Shown here one piece after another: positions 51,250-64,000 of a stretch of DNA of 64,000 bases. The stretch comes from Gracilinanus agilis (lineage: Eukaryota): the NCBI RefSeq assembly GCF_016433145.1, contig NC_058134.1:215265475-215329474 (forward strand), written 5' to 3'. The first letter of the stretch is position 1; the number at the start of each line of letters is the position of its first letter. The position numbers and the translations under genes are program-made. The notes below the pieces were generated by a model. It saw nothing but the letters and a program-made list of their open reading frames with translations, did not search any database and was not told the DNA's origin.

Positions 51250-51470
51250 TAAAGTGCTCAAGCTGAAGTCAGAAAGAATCATCTTTCTGAGTTCAAATCT
51301 GACCTCAGATACTTACTAGATGAGCAAATCACTACTTAATCCTGTTGCCTCAGTTTTCTCACCTGTAAAATGAGCTGGAAAAGGAAATGGCAAACCACTC
51401 CAGTATCTTTACCAAGAAAATCCCAAATGGGGTCACAGAGTCAGACATGAAACAACTGAACAACAATAAA
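51250..51470 (+). mobile_element. MAR1-like CORE-SINE
   Basis: GAGCTGGAAAAGGAAATGGCAAACCACTCCAGTATCTTTACC...GACATGAAACAACTGAAC. Confidence 0.8.
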
Positions 51471-52715
51471 AATAAATGCAGTATACCTAAAAGTTTAGAG
51501 ATTGTTTTAAAGTCAAGGAAAAGAAGATTCTCCTTTATTAAGGAGATTATTAAGATTAAGTCTGGTACTTAGACCAAAGATAGGTTTACTGATGCCTACA
51601 ACTGGTCAAGAAAATTTAGAAGGCTGGGTGGGCTAAGTGTTCTTTCCTCTCCATCCTAACATACAGCACCAGCTGGTTTCCATATTTTCTTACTGAATAT
51701 ATGTATCCACCTGTCTGTATAGAGAAAAGAAGGAAAGAATATGATCCCTCTTGTTGGCCAAGGGATTATTTCATGTTGTTCACAGGCTTAAAAAAGAGTC
51801 AGCCCAAAGGCATCCATTTTAAGACTGGGGGCTCCTGGGAGATTCACCAATTAACATCCAGTGATCTGGACTCATTGATAATACTTTTGAGGATACTTCT
51901 TCCAGGAAAAGTGGCCCAGTGAATAGAGCACTGGGACTAGTCAAGAAGACCTTAGTTCAAATCTAGCTTCAGTCACTAACTAGCTATGGGACCTTGAGCA
52001 AGTCACCTAACCTGTCTGTCCCAGTTTTTTCATCTGTAAAACGGGAATAAAAATGGTACTTACCTCCCACTGGTTGTTTGTGAGGATCAAATGAGATAAT
52101 ATCTGCCAGGCACATACTGGGTACTTAATAAATGCTTCTTCCCTCCTTCTAGCAAAAATACCAAAGGAGCAGGCAATAAAGGATGGTGGCCTACTCAAAA
52201 CTTACCTCTAGTTTGGGAGTTATGAGACACCCAATTTGGTTGGACGAGTCTGCCACTGTTTGCCCCACCTCCCTCACCCTCCACCTCCACTCAAGGCTTA
52301 AACATCCTGCTGCCCACGGGTGAGCAAAAGAGTTCCTCTTTCTTCCATCTACATTTAATGATTCAACCCTTGGAGTAAACATGTAAAACACTTCCCCAAA
52401 CCTTGGAAGAAAGTAAACACTGGGACATACCATACATAGATTACTGAATGTAAGAGCTGGGGGTGGGAGCTGAGCCCAATCCTTCTTACTGCCCCCCCTT
52501 CCCCCAGTTTATTGCCAAGGCCAGACATAATATCTATAGTATATACTCTCTTCTGTCCTTTGACATTGCTACTCTCTAATGCAGACCCTCCTCACCTCAT
52601 GCCTGGATTATTGAAATAGCTGCTGGAAGGGAGTGTCTCCATGCCTCAAATGTCTCCCCACTCTAGTCCAGCCTCTACTCAGTTGTCAAGGAGATGTTTC
52701 TAAAATGAAGTTCTG

Positions 52716-52958
52716 GGGGGCAGCTGGGTAGCTCAGTGGATTGAGAGGCAGGCCCAGAGTCAGGAGGTCCTGAGTTAAAATTTGGCCTCAGATACTTCCT
52801 AGTTGTGTGACCCTGGGCAAGTCACTTAACCCCTATTGCCTAGCCCTTACCACTCTTCTGCCTTAGAACCACTATCCAGTATTGATTCTAAGATGTAAGT
52901 TAAGGTCTTAATAAATAAACAAACAAACAAATGAATGAATGAATGAATGAATGAATTG
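52716..52958 (+). mobile_element. SINE1_Mdo-like SINE with an (AAAC)(GAAT)n tail, inserted in L2 sequence
   Basis: Full head, core and tail. Confidence 0.85.
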
Positions 52959-53260
52959 AAGTTCTGACTATTTCACCCTCTTACTCAATAAACTTCCTGT
53001 TTGTTTTTTCAGGATCAAATATAAAAGCTTCTAGGATCTCCCTACCAATATGTTTTCCCCTACCTTTCCATATTTTTTTAAATAACCCTTAAAATCTGTC
53101 TTGGAATCAATACTAAATATTAATTCTAAGGTAGAAGAATGGTAAGGACTAGGCAACTGGGATTAAATGACTTGCCCAAGGTCATACACCTAGGAAGTGT
53201 TGGATTTGGACCTAGGAATCCAGTAACCAGTATCTAGGCCTGGCTTTCTATCCATTAAGC

Positions 53261-53455
53261 CAGTGATTCCCAAAGTGGGCGCCACCACCCCCTGGTGGGT
53301 GCTACAGCGATCCAGAGGAGGCAGTGATGGCCACAGGTGCATTTATCTTTCCTATTAATTGCTATTAAAATTTTTTAAAAATTAATTTCCAGGGGGCTAA
53401 GTAATATTTTTTTCTGGAAAGGGGGCAGTAGGCCAAAAAAGTTTGGGAACCACTA
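53261..53455. mobile_element. hAT-type MITE, copy 3, nested in an antisense SINE
   Basis: TIRs CAGTGATTCCCAAA...TTTGGGAACCACT(A). Near-identical to copy 1. Degenerate TSD CATTAAGC/CTCTAAGC. Confidence 0.88.
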
Positions 53456-53912
53456 CTCTAAGCCAACAAATAGCCTATGTACAAATAATTTCCTCCCACA
53501 TACTTTTCCATCCACCGCTGGACTCTTCACTGTTCCTCTGGACATTTTTACATGTATAGAATGTTCTACTTCCTTATCTTCTCCTTCAGACTTCGTTCAA
53601 GTCCCAGTTAAAATCTCACCTTCTACTGGAAGCCTTTTCCCAATCCTTCCTTTTAGTGCCTTCCTCCTTTTAATTATGTCTAATTTATTTGGAAATCTAA
53701 TAAGATTATTTCTAAGATCCTGCTTGTATCTTCTTTAAACTTGGGTGTTTGTATGTTTGTATGCCCATTAGACTGTGAGCTCCTCGAGGGCAGGGCTTGT
53801 CTTTTACCTTTTTTGAATGCTCAAGTGAGAGGCACTTAGTAAGTGCTTAATAAATGGCTAACTGATCAACTGAATATTAGAAACAGGAGAGACTTTAGAA
53901 AAGATATTGTCC

Positions 53913-54090
53913 AGGCAGCTAGGTAGTTCAATAGATACAGAGCCAGGTCTGGAGTTGAGAGGACCCAGGGTTCAAATCTGTCCTCAGATACATTCTAGTT
54001 GTGTTACCCTGGATAAGTCACTTGCCTCTAATTGCCTGACCTTTATTACTCTTTTGCCTTAGAACCAATACTTATTATCCATTCAAAGAT
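53913..54090 (+). mobile_element. SINE1_Mdo-like SINE
   Basis: GGCAGCTAGGTAG...GAACCAATAC. Confidence 0.75.
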
Positions 54091-54458
54091 GGGGGGAGGA
54101 GTGTTTTTGTTTTTTGTTTTTCAAATAAAAGAAAATGTCAGAGCTAGAAGGGATCTTAGAACATAGAATGTTAGAACCATTCTTGAGATGCCACCAAGCA
54201 TAAGTATGGTGGAAAGAGCAAAGAGCTGGATATCTAGTCTTGTTTCTACTACCTGCTATCTAAATGGCCTCCACCAAATCACTTTCAATTTCTGGGTTTC
54301 CAGTTTCTCATCTGTAAAATATAAGAAGTGGATTAAATGTTGAATTTGAAAGTGCTCTGGAATGCTAAAGCTCTGGGGGGATAGAAACTATTGTTGTTAT
54401 ATGAATTTCATTATTCATAAAAAATAGGGTCTGACAGAGAGCTTAAGTCCCTTTGAGG

Positions 54459-54654
54459 CAGTGGTGTGCTGCTAAATGTTTAACAACCAGATCTCTTAGG
54501 GGAAATGGGCAGGTAAGACAACTTTTAAGTTGAATCTGCATTGTTAGCATATTTTCCAACCTAAAGTCTGACAATCAATAAAACAGTAAATCAGGCCCTG
54601 ATCTGTAAATGCACCCCCTGAAAACTGAACAATTAGCTCTCCAGCATACTCCTG
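54459..54654. mobile_element. Ancient hAT/Tip100-like (ORSL-type) non-autonomous DNA transposon
   Basis: Left end CAGTGGTGTGCTGCTAAATGTTTAACAACC and right end CAGCATACTCCTG form imperfect TIRs. Family assignment is from memory. Confidence 0.45.
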
Positions 54655-56618
54655 CATTTGAAGTCACTAAGACTCTCTGTGCCCAAACTGGAACTGCAGT
54701 GCAGAAATAGGCAAGGGGAGATCTTTGAGCCTATCTTATCCAACCTGATTTTCACGTTCATTTTTGAAAATGGTGGAAGCCATTCCTGGAAGTTAGAGGA
54801 GCTACTTCCATGTCCCTCACATTGGGCATCCTTTCCTCCTATTCGGTCAGGTCCCCTACCCATCTCCTCCAGGCAAATGGCCACCGCCCTTCTCTAGGTC
54901 ATCCTCGGCCAGGCTCTGGGCAGCAGCCCAGAGGAATCAAGAATGAAGCACCCTTGCCCTCTGCTGGTTATTATGGGTATTTTCACAACAAAACCAATCC
55001 CGGACCACTCCAAGTACCTAGAATTTCAGAGCATGGGGCACAGGGGATGGACAGTGAGCCTGGGATCCATGAAAACTTGTGTTCAGGTTCAGCCCCAGAC
55101 ACCTGGGGTCGTAGGCACGTGAGGCTCTGCACCGCAGGGAGTCCCTAACTTCTTTCAAGTCCCAGCTCAACCTCCGTGATGTGCAGATCTTTCCCTGCTA
55201 CCCCCCACCCCGAAGTTATCTTCCATCTACTCTGTGTGGGCACACGTGCGCGCACACACACACATACACATATACACGTACACACGGTAGGCTCAGCTGT
55301 CTGCGTGTTTTGCCTCCAAAAAGGCTGCGAGTTCCCTGAGGACAACTGTTTTTCCATTTCCTTGTAGCCCCTGAACTCAGCACAGTGCCTGGCCCACAGG
55401 CTTAATGAATGCTCATTGATTGACTGACTTCTTGCGAGGAGGTAGAGAAGGAAGAGGAGGTCTTCCTCTGTGGACCCATCTAAGAAGCTAGAGATCTCCT
55501 TGCTGGGGGCGGTGGAGGGTAGATTTCTCTTCATGGGAGGGAACCTGGGACTCTTTCCCAACTCCCTTCTATCGATGGTCAGAGAGGTTAAGCTACTTGC
55601 CCAAAGTCACACAGGCTCCAGTGCCCTGGGTTCCCTATTGATTTCTATTCCCAGTAAATCTGTATTAACATTCTACCCACTATAGTGGGCTCCCTCTTTA
55701 ACCTCTAATTAAGATTCTGTCCCCTCTCTCCCTATAGTTTGGGGAAGGACAGTGCACAGAGAGGCTTCTTTTTGTGTTTGGGAGCTGATTCTAAATCCCC
55801 AGCCACTGTGTCCCACTGGTCAGCTGTCAGAGAGAGGGCACTACAGGACTGTTGAATCCTGAATGATGAGTACATATGTGGGTCCATGTGTGGCTATGAA
55901 GTTCAGGAATATTAGATACAAAGACAGGCCTGTGAATGTTCTAAGGAGCTCCTTATGGTAGAAACCCAGCTAGAATATGGAGGTGGGAGACCTGGCTGAT
56001 ACCTTCAGGCTGTATGATTCTGGCAAGTGGCAAGTTCTTTGGGCCTCAGTTTTCTCTTCTGTTCAGAGAGTCGACCATGGGATTGGGGCTAGAGAAGGAG
56101 CGAGGTGGACAGACTTCAGACCAGACCAGAGAGGCAGAATCCAGCCAGCCGATGCCTTCAGGTACAGCCTGAAAGAGGGGTTCAAATTGCTTTCCTTATC
56201 ACTGCTTCTCTTATTCAATTCTTGAGGTTATTATTGCAGGTTTCTAGATATATTTTCACTTAAGAAGGGTTTCGGTGTTAGAACTGTAGGAGACAATTCA
56301 ACCAGACATGCTTGTGCTGGGGGTGGGGATAGTCCAACTACATCCACTCCCCAGGTAGCTTCTCTGGGCCAAACCTTCATACACCCCCCAGTTAGTTGGA
56401 ATTCAAATTATCCCTTTTTCACGAACAAGAAAACTGAGACCCACACAGGGGATGTGACTTGCCCAGGGTCACAAAAGTATTATTTGGACTAGGGCAGCCA
56501 CATTTAAGGCCCCCTAGCCTCCAGCCATCCCTCCACCTTATATAATCAGAAATCCCAGCCCCCTCCTCAAAACACACACATAAACTTGCTTCTTTTCAGG
56601 CTTTGTAGCTCTGTTTTT

Positions 56619-56624
56619 TTTAAT
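56619..56624 (-). terminator. Candidate MGAT3 poly(A) signal ATTAAA
   Basis: Preceded by AU-rich sequence and followed by GU-rich TTTATGTGTGTGTTTTG on the - strand. Would imply a ~5-kb 3'UTR. Confidence 0.3.
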
Positions 56625-59600
56625 TATTAATATTATCTTCTCCTTTAAACATCCCTTTAAGGGTGAAATGAAATCCAACCATTTACAGAGAAAATGATTT
56701 CAGAGTGTACATTTGGATTCATCCTTACAAAAAAAAATATTACTATTATTCCCCTCATCATTATTATTGGTCTCCTTAGTTTTCAGGGCTCAGCTCCCTC
56801 TCCTCCTCCCACCACTCCCAGAGGTCCCTTGTACCCAGCCCCCTCAGGAGAACAGAAGGGTATTGAGCAGGTCACTGGGGTTTGGGGAAGACCCAAGGGC
56901 TTCAATTCAAAAGTCTGACTTCCCTTCAGATTATTTAGGAGTTGGGAGAAGGCATCTTCTCCACCAGCCCCCTAATCAGTGTATGTATATTGCATGTGAA
57001 TCTCCTCTTTCCCAGGTGCCTCTCTCCCCTCAGTTCCCATCCCAGGGACTGAAAGGATGGGACAAAGGATGGGGAACTCAGAACAGAAGCCCAGGGAGCA
57101 GAAAGGGCTCCCCTAACCAGTGTATTCTAAAACCAGGATTCCTTGCCATGGGGTATCCAATCCCCTAGGAGTGCATTCCTGTAGCAGCTATGGGTATATG
57201 TAAGGAGTAACTGGCAGGAGGGTCCTGGGGTTCCAAAATGAGGAGGGAGCCAGGCTTAAGCTTGGATAGCTGCCTAGTTCTCCAAGTTTTCACAGGACCC
57301 TAAAATCATAGGGTTTAGATCAGAGAAGAGCCACCTTAGGCTAATCCCTTCCTAAGGGAATTGCAACTCTGAATGAAAGCCCTTTGAAGGGTGAAGACTG
57401 TTTCTATTTTGTCACTGTATCCCCAGAGCCTAGCACAGAGCCTGGAACACACTAAAACAGTGTTTGCTTGTTTTCCAACAGCTGTGGGTGACCTCAGGAC
57501 ATTCAATCAAGAAGCACCCTCTTCCTGGGGTGGGGAGCTGGCCCCTCCCAGGGGTCTAACTTAGTAGAATCGCCCTCTACCCTTGTCCTCCCCCTTCTCC
57601 CATCAAACATTGGGGTTCAGAGCAGAGGCCTGGGTCCCAGTTTCCATTTTTATCTAGGACACTGAGAGGGCTCTCCCAATAGGAAGGACAGTGGCATTCA
57701 AGACCCTCCTACCCCTTCATTTCCCCTCGTAGCAACCTGGGATGGGGGCTGAGTAAGGAGGCAAATAGGAGGTAGGGCCAATGATTATAGGACTAGAGAG
57801 CAGCCCAATTCCTCCATTCCCCCCATCACCACATATTGAGTTGGAAGAGATCTTACAGGTTAGTTATTCTGACCTTTATTTTAAGATAAACTAAGGCCCA
57901 GAGGTTCAGTGACTTGTCCAAAGTCACACAGGTTAGAAGTTGCAAAGCTAGGATTCAATCCAGGTCCTATGACCCCCACCCCCAAAACAATCCAGGGTTC
58001 TTTCTATTGTTCCATGCTGCTCTCCTAAGCAGGAAGCATGAGTCTTCCAGTTAAAACCTTACCAAAAGCCAAGCCTCAGCTGAAGGTTGGGAAAAGGGGC
58101 AGAAGTGACACAAAGAAATCATAGGATCCTAGATTTGGAGCTCAAAGGGCCCTTAGAGGTCACGTGGACCAAACCCCTTGTTTTACAGGGAAGGAAACCG
58201 AGGACCAAAGAAAAGGAAAGTAGATTGCCCTCCTGCTTACACAGGGAACAGAGGGAGGATTCTGAAGCAGGTCTTCTGACTCCATCCCAGAAGGCTTTTG
58301 ACTGTCCCCTGACTCTTGTATTCAGGGGAGAGGATATTCAGTTAAGGAGAGGGAAGTCAAAAGGAGAGGTGACGGGGTTTACATTGGAGGGAGGTGAGGA
58401 GATGGCATGCCCCAAGAAACAAAGAGAGGTCAACTGGAACATTTTGGACAAAAGACCTCTGCTCATTCTCCCTCACATAAAACACAGGAAGTCAGAGCCT
58501 CGGGACCTTTCTCTACAGAACATAAGCTCGTGGAAGCAAAGAACTATTTGGACTACATGGATCCCTAGCATCTAGCACAGTCCCTGCCAGTGATAGCTCA
58601 ATAGATACTGGATTGATTGATTTTAGCCCAACCCTCTCATTTGACAGAGAGGAAACAGATTCAGAAAGTGATTTACCCAAGGCCACAGACCAAGGGAACC
58701 AAGCCAGGACTAGACTCCAAGTCTCCTGATCCCAGACTGGCCTAGATAGGGACACACACACCCACCATAATACACGAGTGTGGCAGGACATCACGAAAAG
58801 ATCATCAGACTGGATGTTAGGAAGACCCGAGTTCAAATCTTGCCTTACATATTCACTAGCTGTGGACCTTCACAAGCCATTTAACCACCATCTGCCTCAG
58901 TTCCCCTATCTGTAAAACGAGGACAATGACCACCTACCTCCTAAGGTTGTTATAAGGATCAGATCGGATCAGATAGGATCAGATATGTGTAAAGTGCTTG
59001 GCAAACTCTCCAGTGGATTGAAATGTGAATGATTCCTTTCTTACAAAAGCAGCGGGATGGACTCCATGACCTGGGAAGTCTTTTCCAGCTCTAAACCTAG
59101 GTTCCTGAATACACATGTAAACAAACATGCATCCTCAGACACATTTTTAAAGGGCTAACTCGGAGCAGGGCTGGAGCACTTACTCTAGGACTTTCACACA
59201 GATACAAACTTGCTGGGAGTTAGAATGGGGGTGGCACGGAGTTAGGGAGGAGAAAGGCTGGTTTTTATCTCCCAAAGGAGAGGAGACTTTCCCAGGCTCT
59301 CCCCCCACAGAGAGAGTGATTTAGGCCCAGCTGGGAGGCCTGGCTTGGGGGACGGGCTTGCCTGGAATGAAAGGAGTCTGGATGAGAGGATTGGTTTCAT
59401 TCTTTACTCTCCCCAGCCTGGAGCCTCCTGCCTGGCCTCTCCTCTCATTCCCCAACCACCCACTGGGGGTTAGAAATCCTTCATCCTCAAGAGCTACTTT
59501 GTTCTCTTCTATCCCCCACAATGTGCATCTGAAGGATATGAAGAAAGAAGTCTCTTCTTCAAGGTGATTTCCTACCCTCAGAGAATGAACTTTGGGGATC

Positions 59601-60011
59601 CCCAAAAGGATTATCTTCTGATCTGGGGGTAAGAACTGAGAGAGAAGGGGATGAAAGAAGAGGACAAAAGGGAGCCTCATGGGGAAGGAAGGAAGCAGAG
59701 AAGAATTACACAAGTTCAGAGACTTGGGGAACCTCAGTGGCGCCTAGGCCAGCCCATAGCTAAAGAAGAAGCTCTCTTCCAACATACTGATAAGAAGCCA
59801 TCCAGTTTTTGTTTGGAGATGGGGGCAGTGGGAGGGGCAACCCATTCCACTCTGGGCTAGTTTGAGGCTACTGTGGAAAGAGAATGGCATTTAGAAGCAA
59901 AAGTCCTGAGTTCAGATCCCAGTTCTGCTGCTAAATTCCTGGGTGACCTTGGAAAATCAGTCAAGGTGTCTCTGTCCCAATTTTTTTCATCCGTGAAATA
60001 AGAATAGCTGA

Positions 60012-60182
60012 GTTGGGAGTTCTTAAACTTGGGGTCCATGAACTTAAAAATAGATATTTTGGTAATAGCATTTCCATATAATTCGTTTATGCATTTAAAA
60101 ACATGATTCTGAGAAGGGTCCATTGGCTTCAGAAGACCAACAGCCTGGTCCAGGGTCTGGGACCCAAAGTTCAAGAAGCAGA
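60012..60182. mobile_element. Ancient hAT-Charlie-like MER fragment
   Basis: GTTCTTAAACTTGGGGTCCATGAAC...ATGCATTTAAAAACATGATTCTGAGAAGGGTCCAT. A related copy lies at ~20712-20830. Confidence 0.45.
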
Positions 60183-61663
60183 ACAAGATGCTTTAAGGTC
60201 CTTTTCCATCCTAAATCTGTGAAACTTAAATTTGCTTCTCTGCCACTTCCCTCCATTGCTTTTTCCTCTGTTCCCTGGGGCCAAGTGTGCAAAAGGAAAA
60301 TCTGCCTTTCTGTGGATGGCCCTTCAGGCCTCAAAGATGGGAACAGTGTGCCTTGGCCCTCTGACTAATATTTAAGATAGCCAATGGATAGCATGCTAGG
60401 GCTGGGATTCCACCAATCAATTCCTCCAACCTCCTTGTTCAGCAGATGAGGAAATGGAAGTTCAGAGAAAAGAACTGACCAGACTACATGTCATTGACCA
60501 CTCTCTGGGAGAGCAGGCTCTGGCCCTAGCATGATTTTGGGAGTGGGGAAAGACAGGAGCCTGCTATATACAGGCTAGTTTGCTGTCTTTCCCTCCCCGG
60601 GTGAGTTAAAGGGAAAGGAAGCTCTTGTTGCATCCTGCCCCACCCCTGCTCCAAGTTCCTATCTGACCTTGTTCTTCTACCGACAGACAAACAAATGGGT
60701 GATGGGATTCCCTCCATTTCCTAAGGGCTACAATGTCTCCTCCCACGGCCATTCCATATGGGGCTCCTGAGAAGGAAGACCACAGAATAAATTAAGAAGA
60801 ATAAAAAGCCACAACAGGACTATGGTCCAGGAGCTGGAGGATTCCCAAGATCTCTCCAAGAGACCCTAGGGATGAGGAATGAGCCCAGAGCCCTATCTCC
60901 TCCTCCTATAGTTCCACATATCCCTGCCCACCCTTCCTTTTGGCAAGATACATCTCCCCCACCCCCTACTCCTATTCCCCTTTCATACCTCTATCCTAAG
61001 TCTCCCTCCCTTCCCTGGTCCCCACAACGTTTCTAAAGCATCTGGTCTCTCTTTCTCCCACACCTACTTGACCTCAGTCAAAAGATTTCCCTCGGGGAAC
61101 TAAGAGCCACTCATGCTTTCTAGACATCTGTTCTTAGGAGCAAGTAAAGAACTATTTCCCATCGTTGAGGATGTAAAAAGACATCCCAGGTCAGCTGCTC
61201 CCCTGCAAACCCTTCCTGCCCATCCATTACCAAGTATTCAGCCCCTTCTCTCCCCCTGGTCCCTATACCTGCCTTGCCACTGCCACCACAAAATGTGATT
61301 GGAGGCTAAGGATATGAAGTTGCAGACAAGAAAATTTACTCCTCTCCATCCTCCAGGAAAAGGCTTTATGTGCAAGACAGAGAAAGAAATGAAAAGATAC
61401 CCTTGGACATAATCTCAAGAGAAGGGCATCTCTGTGGGCTCACCTGGGGTTGGTAATGGGGACATTCTGGGGGTCTACAGTCTGCTCACCCCCTGCCCCT
61501 CTTCCTAAGTTCTGATCATGCGGGGTTCCCTCTTTGAGAAGAGAGAGAGGTTAAGACAACAATTAGCCCCACCGGCCAACTGTAGCACCCTCATGGCCTC
61601 CCCCGCTTCCCTTCCCCAGCCCTCCCCCCAAAATGAAAATCTGCATGCAGCCTTATGATGCCG

Positions 61664-63301
61664 TCAGATTTCCCCTGCCTGTGCTGCCCTAGCCACGGCA
61701 CCCTCAGGGCCAAGCCCACCCCCCTCGATCCCCTTCACACCATCCTTAGCACCCACTGTCCCCTCAGCTTGACGGTAAGGATTTTCCAGCAAGTAGTGGA
61801 ATCGTGGGTAATTTCTCAGTAGATATTTGGGGGCATACATATGTTCGCTGGGGTCGGCAGGAGGGTATACCTGCCGAGTACCATCAAACCAGCCACCTGT
61901 ACGGATCAGTTCCCTTATGTAATTCAGGTCCCGCTTGTCTTCATAGTCACCCCAACGGGGGAAGTCACCATTCTGGGCTGATACCATCTTGAAGTAGATG
62001 CCCTCTGGGGTAAAACACCAGGAACAATGCCAGCCTGCAAAGTGGAGTGGGCTGCCCAAGGACCACTGAACCAGGATGTGGCCTGTGCGGTTCTCATACT
62101 GACGGAAGCCAGGCATGGTGTAGTATTGCCGTCGCCTCAGAAGGATCCCGTCTGTGCCATAGACGGTCAACAGCATGTCTATTGTGCAGCCTGACACTAC
62201 TTCGAGGGTGCCAGGTTGTTTCCAAAAGAAACCATAGAGTGATTTGCGCATATGGAAAGCAAAGGGCTCTGTCCAGCCATCATAGAGCTTGAGGAAGAGG
62301 ACTCCATCCCGGGCAGGGATCTCATCCGCATCATCAATGATGAAGACATCATCTGGCCGAAGGTTGCGCAAGCGGGATATGCCATCCTGGGTCAGGAAGG
62401 TCCGCAGATAGTCGTCAGCAATCCATCCATCTTGACGACCCCCTGGCGGAAAATGGTCCAAAAACACATAGAGGACCTTGTGGCGGATGTACTCAAAGCT
62501 GCCATTCCGAAGCATCTCACGGAATTTGAGAGGCCGAGGTTCTCCATAGGCAGTGAAGTTGGATTCGCAAACCACAAAGGCATCGACTACATCACCCAAC
62601 TCATGGAACCGCACATCCAGCAGGTCAAACTCATGGTTGACATTGATGGCATTGATGATCCGCCGTGGGGTCTCCCGGGGCACTAGGCGCTCCTTGGTGG
62701 GCAGGTTTGAGTACTGAACCACAGTGGGCACCCCACAGCTTGGCCCATGCCAGCCAGGCAGACACACACATTCCACCCACTTCCGACGTTTCATCCCCTT
62801 AGACTTCCCATTGGCCAGCCAGTTTCCAATTGTTAGTGGGCGGCGGGCTGTTCCCCCAGAGTTAGGGCCATCTACAGTCTCAAGTGTTTCCTCTGTCTGT
62901 CCTGCTGTGGGTTTCTCCAACATCTTGGTACCTGGCTTGAAGCAGACCCCGCCAGCTTTGGTGCGGACAAAATACTCTGCCCTGTCCTCAGGCAGCACAA
63001 ATTCCAGCCGATGGAGTTCCTCAGTGGCCCCCATCGGGGGCAGGGGCTGCAGCAAGGGAGAATGAGAATAGAGTGGAGTTCGTAGCAGCTCAGGGCCCAC
63101 TGCTCCCCCAGGTTCTGGGCTGGCTTGAGGTGTAATTGGGGCATTGTTCCACAAGAAATTGGCTACCAGATTGGGACTTAGGGAGGCCAGTTCCCGGGGA
63201 AAGGTGACATAGGACAGGGCCTTAAGGAAGTGCAGGAAGGAGATGAGGCACAGGCCAGCCATACAGAGAGTCAAAAAGAGTTTATGACGTCTCATCTTCA
63301 T
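61664..63301 (-). CDS. MGAT3: Beta-1,4-mannosyl-glycoprotein 4-beta-N-acetylglucosaminyltransferase (GnT-III, GT17), 545 aa, single coding exon
   Basis: MKMRRHKLFLTLCMAGLCLISFLHF type-II anchor, CVCLPGWHGPSCGVP, DxD-type IIDDADEIP, and AGWHCSWCF. Acceptor TTGATTGCAG|G one nt before the ATG. Confidence 0.98.
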   Translation of the reverse strand: MKMRRHKLFLTLCMAGLCLISFLHFLKALSYVTFPRELASLSPNLVANFLWNNAPITPQASPEPGGAVGPELLRTPLYSHSPLLQPLPPMGATEELHRLEFVLPEDRAEYFVRTKAGGVCFKPGTKMLEKPTAGQTEETLETVDGPNSGGTARRPLTIGNWLANGKSKGMKRRKWVECVCLPGWHGPSCGVPTVVQYSNLPTKERLVPRETPRRIINAINVNHEFDLLDVRFHELGDVVDAFVVCESNFTAYGEPRPLKFREMLRNGSFEYIRHKVLYVFLDHFPPGGRQDGWIADDYLRTFLTQDGISRLRNLRPDDVFIIDDADEIPARDGVLFLKLYDGWTEPFAFHMRKSLYGFFWKQPGTLEVVSGCTIDMLLTVYGTDGILLRRRQYYTMPGFRQYENRTGHILVQWSLGSPLHFAGWHCSWCFTPEGIYFKMVSAQNGDFPRWGDYEDKRDLNYIRELIRTGGWFDGTRQVYPPADPSEHMYAPKYLLRNYPRFHYLLENPYRQAEGTVGAKDGVKGIEGGGLGPEGAVARAAQAGEI

Positions 63302-63707
63302 CCTGCAATCAAGAAGGGAAAAAAAGAAATGGGATTTAGGAGATCAAACAAAACTGGGCAAGGGAGCTTAGGTGGGGGGTGCATAGCCCTGAGATGAGGA
63401 GAATAAGGAGAACAGAATCCTGAGCCCTACTCTAGCATAGGTAGAGAAATGACCATTCTTTTTAGAATAGGTCTGAGAATGGCATTCTCCCAGGCTCAAG
63501 GTATCTCAGAAGCCACCAAGTATCATTTGGTATAAAGTGCTCCATACATTTATGGAGTCCAACCCCTACTTGGAGAGGAATGTTTTCTGATTTCTACCAC
63601 TCCCAATAAACAACCAAAGACTCCTTTGATGGAAGGGCTCTAGGATTAAGAAAGTCACTATATCCAGAGGAAGCTCATTCTACTTTGGGACAGAAGGGCC
63701 TCTCCCT

Positions 63708-63709
<2 letters not shown>

Positions 63710-63753
<44 letters not shown>

Positions 63754-63762
63754 ACACACACA
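63710..63762. repeat. (CA)n microsatellite in the MGAT3 intron
   Basis: Direct tandem CA units. Confidence 0.95.
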
Positions 63763-64000
63763 ATTTAGAAGCCAGATGGTCCACTCATTTTATAGATGAG
63801 GAAACTGAGGCTTATTGACTTCTTCAAGGTTATCTGGGTAGTTTTCTTCCCTCTTTGCTATTCAACTTTGCCAGACAGTCTGATGTTCTGGGAAACTGAC
63901 CAGTCCAGGCTGCTTCCAGGAGCGCATCTGACTGCCTCCCCAACTGCCCTTCTTATCTCTTATGGCTAGTACCCAGACTCCAGATTCAGTACTTAACCTA

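Noticed and set aside
62252-63065. 144-aa and 113-aa + strand ORFs
   Set aside because: Antisense shadows of the MGAT3 CDS, explained by codon bias.

Overview
Marsupial genomic DNA, probably a didelphid opossum given the many SINE1_Mdo-like and MAR1-like SINEs and L1_Mdo-like LINEs. It is syntenic with human 22q13.1 in reverse orientation. Four protein-coding genes can be fully reconstructed with GT-AG junctions: RPS19BP1/AROS (+, 4 exons, 129 aa), ATF4 (-, 2 coding exons, 347 aa, with uORF1 and an overlapping uORF2), MIEF1/MiD51 (-, 4 coding exons, 465 aa) and MGAT3 (-, one coding exon, 545 aa). The most notable element is a 71-aa LYR-motif microprotein ORF in the MIEF1 5' leader, about 9.8 kb upstream of the MiD51 start. 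It is the orthologue of the human MIEF1 microprotein (AltMiD51/L0R8F8) and makes MIEF1 bicistronic. Extra uAUGs around it give the leader an ATF4-like layout. ATF4 keeps the uORF2/CDS overlap hairpin but differs from human at the start-stop element, the near-cognate CUG and the beta-TrCP degron spacing. Accessory DNA includes a gammaretrovirus-like env/PPT/LTR remnant, three hAT-type MITEs nested in retroelements, two L1 3' ends with TSDs and a nearly intact but tail-less L1 ORF2 fragment. All homology calls come from my recall of the human/family sequences, not from a database search.
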